Below, piece after piece: positions 35,723 through 44,780 of a stretch of DNA of 64,000 nt. Under the pieces are notes generated by a model. That model saw only the letters and a program-made list of their open reading frames with translations, was not told the origin of the DNA and made no database searches. Location: NCBI GenBank assembly GCA_965204805.1, contig OZ242013.1:2541232-2605231 (forward strand). The letters run 5' to 3'. The first letter of the stretch is position 1, and every line of letters starts with the position of its first letter. A program made the translations under genes and the position numbers. Source of the DNA: Dehalococcoidia bacterium. GTDB lineage: Bacteria > Chloroflexota > Dehalococcoidia > Lucifugimonadales > UBA3495.

Positions 35723-36128
35723 ATGGCGCGCTTATATCTGGACGAGGATATATCCCGGGACACGGAACGAACACTGGCCCAGTATGGACATGACGTCGTC
35801 CATGCGGTTGATGCAGGAAATCTCTCCACCTCCGATCCTGAGCATATCAAGTTTGCTGCAGAAGCCGGTAGAACACTGGTTACCTAATAACCGCAGGGAC
35901 TTCCGACAAGCTCACCAAATCTGGGTCGCCATGAACACATGGACGGATTTTAACCCGGCGCACGCTGGCATATTGACTCCATGAGGCCAGATTTCCAATG
36001 TCCAGTGGGCTCAATTGGTTCACGAGTTGGTGAGTAGCCTTCCAAGCTCATACGGCCATCCAAATCTTTATAATCAGATGTGGGAGTGGCAGAGACAACA
36101 ACGACAGTGGTTGAGGTTTGGATGGTAA
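35723..36128 (+). pseudogene. DUF5615 (PIN-like, Mut7-C type) toxin partner, disrupted
   Basis: MARLYLDEDISRD...GHDVVHAVDAG...AEAGRTLVT stops at 35885-35887. It continues in another frame as NNRRDF..., then has an in-frame TGA at 35982-35984. Confidence 0.6.
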
Positions 36129-36211
36129 CTGCGTTTGCAAAGGCGAAATCGTGGACCTCTTTTGCGACTGATGCCCACCCTGGGGAATGTAATCGCAAAT
36201 TTAGAGCTGTC

Positions 36212-37282
36212 CTACCCCTCGCGCACCAGCCGCGCCGCTTCGTCGCCCATCTGGGCCGTGCTGGCGCTGCCGCCCAGGTCGGCGGTTAGCACCCGACGCT
36301 CCTCCAGGCAGCGGGCCACTGCCCCGTCCACCCGCGCCGCCGCTTCCGGCTCGCCCAAGTGGTCCAGCATCATGGCGACGGCGGAGATGGTGGCCAAGGG
36401 GTTGGCGATGCCCTTGCCCATTATGTCGAAGGCCGCGCCGTGGACCGGCTCGAAGAGGGACGGGTGCGCCTTGTCGGGGTTGATGTTGGCGCTGGGGGCC
36501 AGGCCCATGCTGCCCGACACCACCGCTGCGATGTCGGAAAGGATGTCGGCGAACAGGTTGGAGGCCACCACCACGTCGAAGTCCTCGGGCCAGCGCACGA
36601 AGTCCATGCAGGCCCGGTCCACCAGCAGGGACTCGGTCTCCACCTGCGGGTAGTCTGCGGCCACATCCTCGAAGACCTCGTCCCAGAAGACCATGCCGAA
36701 GGACTGGGCGTTGGACTTGGTGACCGAGGTCACCTTGTTACGCCTGTTGCGGCGGACGCAGTGCTCGAAGGCGGCGCGGATGATGCGCTCGGTGCCGCGG
36801 CGAGTGAAGACGTTGGTCTGGATGACGGTTTCGTGGGGCGTTCCGGTATTCAGGCGCCCGCCCACCGGGGCATACTCGCCCTCGGTGTTCTCGCGGAAGA
36901 TGACCATGTCGATGTCGCCGGGCTGCTTGTTGGCCAGGGGTGACGTCACGCCTGGGTAGAGGTAGGCCGGGCGCACGCAGATACCCTGGTCGAAACCCCG
37001 GCGCATGGGGAGCAGGAGGCCGTGAAGGGTGATGTGGTCGGGAATGTTGGGGTCGCCCACCGCGCCGAACAGGATGGCGTCGAAACCAGAAAGCTGCTCC
37101 AGGCCATCCTCGGGCATCAGGCGGCCAGTCTCGCGGTAGTAGTCGCTGCCCCAGGGGAATTCGGTGAAACGGAAGGCCGGGCCGTCGGAGGAGGCCAGCG
37201 CCTCAAGGACCTTGCGGCCCTCGGCGATAACCTCCGGGCCCACGCCGTCGCCGCCAATTACTGCCAGGTTGTATTCCGTCAT
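36212..37282 (-). CDS. isopropylmalate/tartrate/isocitrate dehydrogenase family enzyme
   Basis: AVIGGDGVGPEV N-terminus, NLFADILSD and GSMGLAPSAN motifs. Confidence 0.85.
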   Translation of the reverse strand: MTEYNLAVIGGDGVGPEVIAEGRKVLEALASSDGPAFRFTEFPWGSDYYRETGRLMPEDGLEQLSGFDAILFGAVGDPNIPDHITLHGLLLPMRRGFDQGICVRPAYLYPGVTSPLANKQPGDIDMVIFRENTEGEYAPVGGRLNTGTPHETVIQTNVFTRRGTERIIRAAFEHCVRRNRRNKVTSVTKSNAQSFGMVFWDEVFEDVAADYPQVETESLLVDRACMDFVRWPEDFDVVVASNLFADILSDIAAVVSGSMGLAPSANINPDKAHPSLFEPVHGAAFDIMGKGIANPLATISAVAMMLDHLGEPEAAARVDGAVARCLEERRVLTADLGGSASTAQMGDEAARLVREG

Positions 37283-37338
37283 CGTCTTGCCGTCCTTGCG
37301 TTTCGGTGATTGTGCCTTTCTGAAAGAACCAAGAGGAC

Positions 37339-37375
37339 GCCCTCACCCTGACCCGCTCCCTCCGGGATAGGGGAT
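37339..37375. repeat. H-hairpin repeat (diverged)
   Basis: GCCCTCACCCTGACCCGCTCCCTCCGGGATAGGGGAT. Confidence 0.55.
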
Positions 37376-37420
37376 TTGTCACACACCCTTTTTAGTTAGG
37401 GAAGGGATTGAGTTTCCGGC

Positions 37421-37786
37421 TCAGCGCCTGCTCTCGCCTTCGCAGGCGGGGCATCGATGGGTCTGCTTCCACCGTTTGCCGCAGTGAAAGCAGGGCAGTC
37501 CCAAGATCCTGACTGCCCAAGGAGTGGACTTGGCCCAGGTCTGCCAACCGCACCGGCAAATGTAATGATGTCTGTCCGGCCCGGCCTGCAAGTAAATCTC
37601 TCCGTACTGGATGCGTTTTTGCCAGCAGGAGTCGCACAGGTCCCTGACGGAATGAGTATTGGACTCCGGGGTGCTGACTTCTCGTGATTCCCCGCAATCC
37701 GGGCACACGATGCGGTAGGCCCCATCATCGCGTTGGACCGGGAGCTCTGCTTCTGCGGGTTGCTGACTATCCGACGTTGACGTCAT
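37421..37786 (-). CDS. cysteine-rich zinc-ribbon protein, unknown function
   Basis: CPDC...CDSC...CRC...CFHC...CPAC pairs in 121 aa. Confidence 0.45.
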   Translation of the reverse strand: MTSTSDSQQPAEAELPVQRDDGAYRIVCPDCGESREVSTPESNTHSVRDLCDSCWQKRIQYGEIYLQAGPDRHHYICRCGWQTWAKSTPWAVRILGLPCFHCGKRWKQTHRCPACEGESRR

Positions 37787-37918
37787 GGCTCTTCTCCCTG
37801 GTCCCGAAATGGGACCCCTACGGGTTCCCCAGCGTCACTACACCGGGTCCTCAGCTTCGAGGACTATACTCGGCGACTTGAATATGCCCGATTATAGCCG
37901 TTGCTTTTTGAGATTACT

Positions 37919-38848
37919 TCACCCTGAGAAGACGGTCTGGACACCTCCGCCCAGCAACCGGAAGTGATAGACGTTTTCGGCATCGGGAAAAGCCTGCTGG
38001 GCCTTGATGTAAGTGGACTTGCCGCGACGCTCGGTGGCGTCGAGCAGCACGCCGGTTACTCCCTCGTTCTGCCCGCCATTGACGCCGGCGGCGCCGACTT
38101 CACGGGCGAACTCGGCCACGTCCTCCAGCCTTGGACGGGGCAGGACCCGGCTGGCGGCCTCGGCGGCGATGGTGGCCCCCTGCCCCACCAGGGCAGGGCT
38201 TTTTTCAGCCACCCCTCTGCGAATCAGACTCAACGCCTCCTCGGTCAGGGCGTCCACGAGTCGCCATTGCTGGGAATTACCGTCTAGGTCGGAGCGGGTG
38301 GCGCCCCCGAAATCGAGCGCCACGATTTCCATGGGAGGCGGCGGGCCGATGGACTGCCTCACCATCCCGGCGCGGTGGTCGAACAGGGCGAGGCCCGGCA
38401 TCATCACGCCGCCGGTGGGTTCGATGGACAGGGCAATTTGAGCGATGTCATAGGGGCTGAGTTCCTCGCCCAAGGCGAGGGCGGTGGCGGCAATGGCGGC
38501 AGACAGGTCGGCGCTGCTGCTTCCCAGCCCCCTGCCCCGCGGAATGGGGCTGCTGACTCGCACGTCGGCGCGGACCTTGGCTTGCCGAAGGTGCGCCAGC
38601 GTGCGCCGCACTGCCGCCACGGTCTTTTCGCAGCCCTCGGTCACGCTGACGCCCGGGCCGCCCGCACTCAACTCCACCCGCACGCGGGAGAAAAAGTCCA
38701 CAGGACAACTCACCGAGAAGGGCATTTCCCCCAGTACACCCTGAGCCAGGACGCCGCAGACACCCGGAGCGCGGGCCGTGGCGGAGCCGATGACACCGTT
38801 ACCGGCATCGGGCGCTGATTCGCCGATGGAGTCGCTATTGCCGCTCAC
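37919..38848 (-). CDS. GHMP-family kinase (PduX-like L-threonine kinase candidate)
   Basis: PRGRGLGSSSADLSAAIAA GHMP motif. Adjacent to a CobC-like phosphatase. Confidence 0.65.
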   Translation of the reverse strand: MSGNSDSIGESAPDAGNGVIGSATARAPGVCGVLAQGVLGEMPFSVSCPVDFFSRVRVELSAGGPGVSVTEGCEKTVAAVRRTLAHLRQAKVRADVRVSSPIPRGRGLGSSSADLSAAIAATALALGEELSPYDIAQIALSIEPTGGVMMPGLALFDHRAGMVRQSIGPPPPMEIVALDFGGATRSDLDGNSQQWRLVDALTEEALSLIRRGVAEKSPALVGQGATIAAEAASRVLPRPRLEDVAEFAREVGAAGVNGGQNEGVTGVLLDATERRGKSTYIKAQQAFPDAENVYHFRLLGGGVQTVFSG

Positions 38849-38850
38849 GG

Positions 38851-39516
38851 TTACTCTCCCGCTACGGTAGGTCGAGAAGCGCCCACGCTAGCCGCAAACC
38901 GGGCATCCAGACCGGCGAGGTGGGACCCGTCGTTGAACAGGCGGAGGACAGCGTTGTCATGGTAGGTATCTACAATGGTCAGGGTGCAGTTTCCGAATAA
39001 GAAGCGCCAGTTTGCGTCCATGGACATTCCCAGCAAGGCCATCATTGCGGCCCGCAGGGAGCCGCCGTGCCCCACAACCAGCACGTTGTCTGGAAGGTGA
39101 CGCTCCTTAATCTCGTTGATGACGGCGGTCATACGGGCGCTGACTCCCCGGGTGGACTCGCCGCCTTCGGGGGCATAGTCCAGGTCTTTGGCAATGTAGC
39201 CTGGATATTCGGAAGGGTAGCGAGCGCGGAGTTCGGCCTCGGTCAGACCCTCGAAGGCGCCCTTGTGGTACTCGCGCAGGCGGGGCGTGGGATGGAGAGG
39301 AATGTTGCGGCCTTTGAGGATTACCTCGGCGGTATCATAGGCACGGCTCAAGTCACTGGAGTAGCCGGCATCAAGCGCGACGGACTCCAGCCGTTGGCCC
39401 AGAAGCCGGGCCTGCTCCAAACCGCGTCCAGAGAGGCCAACATCGGTATGCCCCTGGATTCGGCCCTCGCTGTTCCAGACGGTCTCACCATGCCGGACAA
39501 TATAAAGTTTACCCAT
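38851..39516 (-). CDS. histidine phosphatase family protein (CobC/alpha-ribazole phosphatase-like)
   Basis: The RHGETVWN catalytic motif and a later HGG are present. Confidence 0.8.
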   Translation of the reverse strand: MGKLYIVRHGETVWNSEGRIQGHTDVGLSGRGLEQARLLGQRLESVALDAGYSSDLSRAYDTAEVILKGRNIPLHPTPRLREYHKGAFEGLTEAELRARYPSEYPGYIAKDLDYAPEGGESTRGVSARMTAVINEIKERHLPDNVLVVGHGGSLRAAMMALLGMSMDANWRFLFGNCTLTIVDTYHDNAVLRLFNDGSHLAGLDARFAASVGASRPTVAGE

Positions 39517-39624
39517 CGCTTCCTGCTGGATTCAGGATACTTCTCCGAATTGCCCACCATTCTAACACGCCCAACGTCTCTAAAAATCGAATCGGCTTTT
39601 GCTTAAATTTCCTTCTACTTTATA

Positions 39625-39653
39625 TTGACACGTAAATTGGCTATCCCTACACT
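39625..39653 (+). promoter_or_regulatory. sigma70-like promoter TTGACA-N17-TACACT
   Basis: Perfect -35 with 17-nt spacing, about 60 nt upstream of the 39715 start. Confidence 0.35.
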
Positions 39654-39714
39654 ATGTTGACACTATGGGTGTACGATACCCGGTAATATCCTGCCCCTGC
39701 TACGAGGTGAGAAT

Positions 39715-39945
39715 ATGCCTCCACGAAGGTCCAGGGCCAAGAAAGAAGACGCGCCGGCGATGCCCGTACTGACCGCCTATTGCACCAAGCTGCGCAAGAA
39801 GGTGGAAATGGACCAGATAGAACTGGTCATCATGAAGAACGGCCGACCAGCCGCCAAGGGCGTCGCCAAGGAAGACCCCAGCCTGTCGGTGTTCCGAATT
39901 CTCAGCAAGGCAGAAGCCGAAGAACTGGCCAAGGCTCTGTCCTAA
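39715..39945 (+). CDS. small basic protein (DUF5679-like topology, Cys ligands absent)
   Basis: 76 aa with its own promoter and terminator. ...AYCTKLRKKVEMDQIELVIMKNGRPAAKG... Confidence 0.5.
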   Translation: MPPRRSRAKKEDAPAMPVLTAYCTKLRKKVEMDQIELVIMKNGRPAAKGVAKEDPSLSVFRILSKAEAEELAKALS

Positions 39946-40019
39946 CCTCCGGTTCAAGCCGGGCTATCGGGCTGCGCCGAAGACTCTCTGGCCCATAAGC
40001 CTTCCGGGGACAGTTATGC

Positions 40020-40049
40020 GAAGACGGCGTGAATTCCACGTCTTCTTTT
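40020..40049 (+). terminator. rho-independent terminator
   Basis: GAAGACG-N12-CGTCTTC followed by TTTT. Confidence 0.6.
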
Positions 40050-40458
40050 GCTGGAGAGGTGTCCTCTGCTCACGCCTCCATCAACAGGTTTTGAATCCGA
40101 ATCAACCAAGTCAGCGGCCGGGGCCCCTTCCCCTCGGCCGTTGTCATTGTTAAGTGAGCGGGTTAACCTTGGCAGGACCGTGTGATTGCATACCGCCCGC
40201 AGAAAATCGGCCAGCACCTGGGCCTGTGGGATAATTCATTGGACGAATAACGAGGAAAACTTTAAATTGCCGGACATAAACGGTTGAATTACCGCACGGG
40301 TATTAGTAATATGTTGCGGACGCTTCGCGCAGAAGCCGGGCGTTGCATTGTGTCCTGCGCAGCAAACGCCGAGATATGAGGCTAAGGCCCAAAAATCGCG
40401 AAGCTGGTAACTGGGAACCCGGCCTTTTGGAGACCACATCTTTTTTGGAGCCACTTCG

Positions 40459-42459
40459 ATGAGCTTAATTCAACGTAATGCTGTCCCACTGTTTGTTTTA
40501 ATGGCGGTAATCGCCGTGGGAGTCGGGGTGTTCTTTTCCACCAGCCCCTTCGCCTTCGGTGAAGAGCCGGTGGGTTGCGACGCCGCCGCCGTCGGTATTT
40601 CCATATACACCACCGACGAGGAAGGCAACCCGGTGACGGTGGTGTCCAATGGGGATGTGGTTACCTACCGGGTCACCCTGTCCATACCGGAGCTGCCTGC
40701 GGGCGAAACCGCCTGTAACTATCTGGGCGGCACGCTATCGGTTACCTTGCCCGACGGCTCTACAGTGTTGGTCGCCGGTCCGGAAGACCCGGAGGGCGGC
40801 ATTCCGACGGTACAAACAGGGTCGCCCTTCACTGCTGATGCCGTGGCCTACACCATCAACCAGAACGACGCTAATAACGGTGAGTTGACCGTCCGCGCCG
40901 ATTACTCCGGCGGCTCCTCCCTCAGCGTGGCGGAAGGCGAACAGGCCCCCGAAGCCTCCGCTTCCGTCTCCAACGTGCTGCGCATGACGCCGCCTTCCAT
41001 CGCCATCGAAAAGATTACGACGACGCCAATAATTTTCTTCGGTCAGACCGCGGGCTTCAACATCACGGTAATCAACACCGGCGGCTACGATTTGACCAAC
41101 GTAACCGTTACCGACACGCAGGTAGCGTCCTGCGACGGGATGAATTTCGGAACCTTGGCAGTCGGAGAGGAAAGGTCCGGCACGTGTACGGCGCTGCTTG
41201 ATGGCGACATCACCAATGAAGCCCAGGCAACGGCCTCAGTTCCCGGCGGCCCCCCTGTGGGCATGGAAACGGTTTCTTCCAACCTGGACACCGCTTCCGT
41301 AAGCGTGGAAGGCCTGACCATCGGGATCGTTGTCGATACCACCACTCCGCACATCAGGGTAGGGAACCAGGGCGAGGTCGCCATCACGGTCATCATGCCT
41401 CCTCAAACGGCAGTCAACGATGTTACCGTCACCGTGGCGGAGGCCCCTCAGTGCGATAGCTTCTGGGACGTCCTGCCTGCAGGCGCGGAGGAGACTTACA
41501 CCTGTGTGGTCGAATCCGATCCGGCCATTGAGGGCAGTCTGCCCCTGGGCACAACCACGATAACCGGTACAGTGACCGGCTCCGTTCCCGACGTGCCCCT
41601 GGCCGCCGAGGACTCGGTGGATGTGTCGGTCTTCAGCCCCGGGCTGTACATCACCATAGACCCTGAGGAGCAGACCATTCGCAGCGGCGATTTGGCCGCC
41701 TTCACGGTCAACGTCAGCAATCAGGGCGACGATATTCTCTCCAACGTGGTGGTGACCAACGAGACGGTTCCCGATTGTGCCGCTACCTTCGCGACTATGG
41801 TGCCGGGAGAGGTCCAGACCTACGACTGCGTCAGCGATGGCGTCTCAGATGACATGACCACTACCGTCAACGTCGTGGCGACTGCCGCAGACGGGGCCCC
41901 GGAGGAAGCCGCGGATTCGGCCAACGTCATTATCCTGCGGCCCAGCACCGCCATTGAAGTGTCCGAGGTCAACACCATGGTGCTGCGGCTGGTGGTACAG
42001 ACTCTGAGGGTCACTGAAACCAATGACGGCGACTCCGCGTTGACCAACATCTGCGTGGAATTTGATCCTACCGGATCCATCCTGCCCTACCAGGCCATGG
42101 ACTCCATGATGGGTGAAGGCATGGAAATGGAAGGGGAAGGCATGGAAGAAGGGGAGGCCATGATGGAGGCTGACCCCTGTGCCAAACACACGCCCGGCGT
42201 TATGGTCCTTACCCAGGAATCAGTAGAATACGTGGGCGGTGACACCGGCGACGACGGCATCATGGATGTCGGCGAGACCTGGGAATGGCGTGTGGTTACG
42301 GTGGGAGTTGCCGGCAACTACGTAGGGTTGTCCGAAGGCGCCGAGAGCATGAACTTCGTAGCCATCGGGCACGGCACCGACATCCTGGGCGGCGACGTAA
42401 CCTATCCCAGCGACGTGGAAGAACTCGCCCAAATCGAAGTGCCGATAGTAGCCCGCTAA
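40459..42459 (+). CDS. secreted/anchored surface protein with DUF11-type (TIGR01451-like) repeats and a Met/Glu-rich segment
   Basis: N-terminal TM. Units such as FNITVINTGGYDLTNVTVTD and FTVNVSNQGDDILSNVVVTN. MDSMMGEGMEMEGEGMEEGEAMME near residue 545. Confidence 0.6.
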   Translation: MSLIQRNAVPLFVLMAVIAVGVGVFFSTSPFAFGEEPVGCDAAAVGISIYTTDEEGNPVTVVSNGDVVTYRVTLSIPELPAGETACNYLGGTLSVTLPDGSTVLVAGPEDPEGGIPTVQTGSPFTADAVAYTINQNDANNGELTVRADYSGGSSLSVAEGEQAPEASASVSNVLRMTPPSIAIEKITTTPIIFFGQTAGFNITVINTGGYDLTNVTVTDTQVASCDGMNFGTLAVGEERSGTCTALLDGDITNEAQATASVPGGPPVGMETVSSNLDTASVSVEGLTIGIVVDTTTPHIRVGNQGEVAITVIMPPQTAVNDVTVTVAEAPQCDSFWDVLPAGAEETYTCVVESDPAIEGSLPLGTTTITGTVTGSVPDVPLAAEDSVDVSVFSPGLYITIDPEEQTIRSGDLAAFTVNVSNQGDDILSNVVVTNETVPDCAATFATMVPGEVQTYDCVSDGVSDDMTTTVNVVATAADGAPEEAADSANVIILRPSTAIEVSEVNTMVLRLVVQTLRVTETNDGDSALTNICVEFDPTGSILPYQAMDSMMGEGMEMEGEGMEEGEAMMEADPCAKHTPGVMVLTQESVEYVGGDTGDDGIMDVGETWEWRVVTVGVAGNYVGLSEGAESMNFVAIGHGTDILGGDVTYPSDVEELAQIEVPIVAR

Positions 42460-42498
42460 CCCCAACCCGTTCCGGGCCAAGGCAAAAGGATTCCTAGT

Positions 42499-42522
42499 GG
42501 CCGGAGGTTGAAGCCTCCGGCC
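42499..42522 (+). terminator. GC-rich hairpin (GGCCGGAGG-N6-CCTCCGGCC), weak U-tract
   Basis: Lies 40 nt after the stop of the 40459 gene. Confidence 0.4.
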
Positions 42523-42595
42523 TCTCGCTTTGTTCCGGGAAACTTGCCCCTGCAACTTACTCTTCTGGAGCCAGGCCTCTCATCTCCCCGGGTCT

Positions 42596-42635
42596 TTTGA
42601 TTCTCCCTCTCCCTTGAGGAGAGGGAGAATCAAAA
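42596..42635. repeat. H-hairpin repeat variant with perfect 18-bp stem
   Basis: TTTTGATTCTCCCTCTCC-CTTGAG-GAGAGGGAGAATCAAAA. Confidence 0.8.
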
Positions 42636-42757
42636 GGACCCTGTCCCATCCACATCTGCCGCTGACAGGTCCACTGTCTTGCTGGTATCATTTGGCGGCA
42701 ATCAACGCTGTCCGCTTTGTCCAGGGTCTTTGCCATCAACACCCAGCGGGAGGCTTC

Positions 42758-43657
42758 ATGTCTCAGAACGAACCCATAGTCTTCCTCAACGGAGAATTAG
42801 TGCCGGAATCGCAGGCCGGCATTCCCATCCGCGACCGGGGCTTCATATACGGGGACGCGGTATTTGACGCCGCCCGGACCTTCAACGGCGTGCCCTTCAA
42901 GCTGGCGGAGCACGTCAGGCGGCTCTACGACTCCCTGCGCTACGTCCGCATCGACCCCGGAATTGGCATGGGAGAAATGGAGGAGTGGTCTCGGAAGGTC
43001 GTGGAGCACAACTACCCGCTGCTGCCTCCCGGCCAGGATATGTGGGTAATGCAGCGGATTACCCGTGGGGTCGAAGGAGGGGAATCAACCCCCACGGTGC
43101 TCATAGAGACCCACGCCATTCCCTTCGTGTCGCGGGCGCCGCTGTACCGCGACGGAGCCCGGGTTACCACCCCGTCGGTGCCCCGTGTACCACCCCGCTT
43201 CATGAGCCCCAGGGCCAAGACGCACAACTATCTGAACCTGGTGCTGGGGGACCTGGAGGCCCAGGGAACGGACCCGGGCTCCTGGGCCGTGCTGCTGGAC
43301 GAGGCAGGCAACCTGACCGAGGGACGCGGCTCCAACATCTTCCTAGTGAAGGACGGCACGGTCGCCACCCCCAAGGGGCAGTACGTTCTGGAAGGCATCA
43401 CGCGCCGCACCGTGCTGGACCTGGCCGACGGGCTGGGATTGGATACGGCGGAGCGCGACCTGGACCTGTTCGACGCCTACACCGCCGACGAGGCGTTTCT
43501 CACCTCCACCAGCCTGTGCATCTGCCCGGTTTCGTCGGTCAACGGGGCGACCATCGGGAGCGGACGACCGCCCGGGCCGGTGACTCGGCAACTGATGCAG
43601 GCATTCAGCGACCTAGCGGGGATGGACTTCGAGGAGCAGTACCTGGCGCACCTGTAA
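42758..43657 (+). CDS. class IV aminotransferase (branched-chain / D-amino-acid type)
   Basis: NGELVPE...RGFIYGD..F.. N-terminus and EGRGSNIF..KDG motifs. Confidence 0.85.
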   Translation: MSQNEPIVFLNGELVPESQAGIPIRDRGFIYGDAVFDAARTFNGVPFKLAEHVRRLYDSLRYVRIDPGIGMGEMEEWSRKVVEHNYPLLPPGQDMWVMQRITRGVEGGESTPTVLIETHAIPFVSRAPLYRDGARVTTPSVPRVPPRFMSPRAKTHNYLNLVLGDLEAQGTDPGSWAVLLDEAGNLTEGRGSNIFLVKDGTVATPKGQYVLEGITRRTVLDLADGLGLDTAERDLDLFDAYTADEAFLTSTSLCICPVSSVNGATIGSGRPPGPVTRQLMQAFSDLAGMDFEEQYLAHL

Positions 43658-43660
43658 AAA

Positions 43661-43775
43661 TCCCCTCTCCCTCTGGGGGAGGGCAAGGGTGGGGGCGTTT
43701 CCCTCGGACGGAAAGTTTGCTCATACCAGGATTTCACCCTCACCCCAACCCTCTCCCTCAAGGGAGAGGGAGAAT
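43661..43775. repeat. two H-hairpin repeats in opposite orientation (43661-43696, 43733-43775)
   Basis: CCCCTCTCCCTCTGGGGGAGGGCAAGGGTGGGGG and CACCCTCACCCCAACCCTCTCCCTCAAGGGAGAGGGAGAAT. Confidence 0.8.
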
Positions 43776-43793
43776 ACACCGTAAGGGGGGATT

Positions 43794-44699
43794 ATGGCTG
43801 ACTTGCTACCTGGAATTGTGGAATCGGGCGCGGAAGCGCAGCAGCTTGCCACAGGCTTCGGGTTCACCGAAGGACCACTGTGGAATCCTGACGGCTATTG
43901 GCTGTTCGTGGACATTCGCGCCTCTCTGGTGCACCGGATGACCCCGGACGGACGGACTTCGGTTTACCGCGACAACAGCGGCGGCTCTAACGGCCTGACC
44001 TTTGACCTGGCCGGCAACCTCATCCTGTGCGAGGGCGACAACCGGCAGCTTGCCCGGCGCAATGCCGACGGCTCGTATACCGCCATCGCCACCCACATCG
44101 GCAGCCAGCGCATCAACCGGCCCAACGACGTGGTGGGGCGCTCCGACGGCTCGCTGTACTTCACCGACCCCAGCGGACGCCTCACCGCCGAGGAGCGGGA
44201 ACTGGACTTCAGCGGCGTTCACCGCGTATCCCTCACCGGCAGCCACACCGTCGCCACCCGCGACACGGAGTATCCCAACGGCCTCGCCTTCTCCCCCGAC
44301 GAAAGCGCGCTGTACGTCGCCATCACCAGGTTGAACGATGACTGTATCGGCCAGAAGGAACGGGGGGAGGTCTGCGCGCACCAGTTCATACGCGCCTTTG
44401 ATGTCGCCGCCGACGGCTCGCTCAGCAACAACAGGCTGTTCGCCACCATGCACTCCGCCGAAGACGGGGTACCCGATGGCATGAAGGTGGACGTGGAGGG
44501 CCGGGTGTATTGCACGGGGCCGGGCGGATGCTGGGTTTTCGACGACCGGGGCAATCTAAGGGGTATCATCCGACTGCCGGAGATAACGGCCAACTGCGCC
44601 TGGGGCGGCGACGACAACCGCACCATGCTGTTCACCGCCCGCACCTCGGTCTACTCCCTGCGGATGACCACCCCCGGCACAGCCATTCCGACGGGATAG
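43794..44699 (+). CDS. SMP-30/gluconolactonase/LRE-family protein
   Basis: GFTEGPLWNP, NRPNDVV and PDGMKVD motifs. Confidence 0.8.
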   Translation: MADLLPGIVESGAEAQQLATGFGFTEGPLWNPDGYWLFVDIRASLVHRMTPDGRTSVYRDNSGGSNGLTFDLAGNLILCEGDNRQLARRNADGSYTAIATHIGSQRINRPNDVVGRSDGSLYFTDPSGRLTAEERELDFSGVHRVSLTGSHTVATRDTEYPNGLAFSPDESALYVAITRLNDDCIGQKERGEVCAHQFIRAFDVAADGSLSNNRLFATMHSAEDGVPDGMKVDVEGRVYCTGPGGCWVFDDRGNLRGIIRLPEITANCAWGGDDNRTMLFTARTSVYSLRMTTPGTAIPTG

Positions 44700-44731
44700 G
44701 GCAGGAAACATGGCGCGGTCTTACCCAGCGA

Positions 44732-44760
44732 ACCACCCTCTCCCTCAAGGGAGAGGGAAT
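44732..44760. repeat. H-hairpin repeat
   Basis: ACCACCCTCTCCCTCAAGGGAGAGGGAAT. Confidence 0.8.
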
Positions 44761-44780
44761 TTTTACGGCGGGACGAGATT

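Noticed and set aside
35982-35984. In-frame TGA in the DUF5615-like gene as a second selenocysteine codon.
   Set aside because: The gene also carries a frameshift. There is no redox motif around the codon and no convincing hairpin directly downstream. A nonsense mutation in a decaying gene is the simpler reading.
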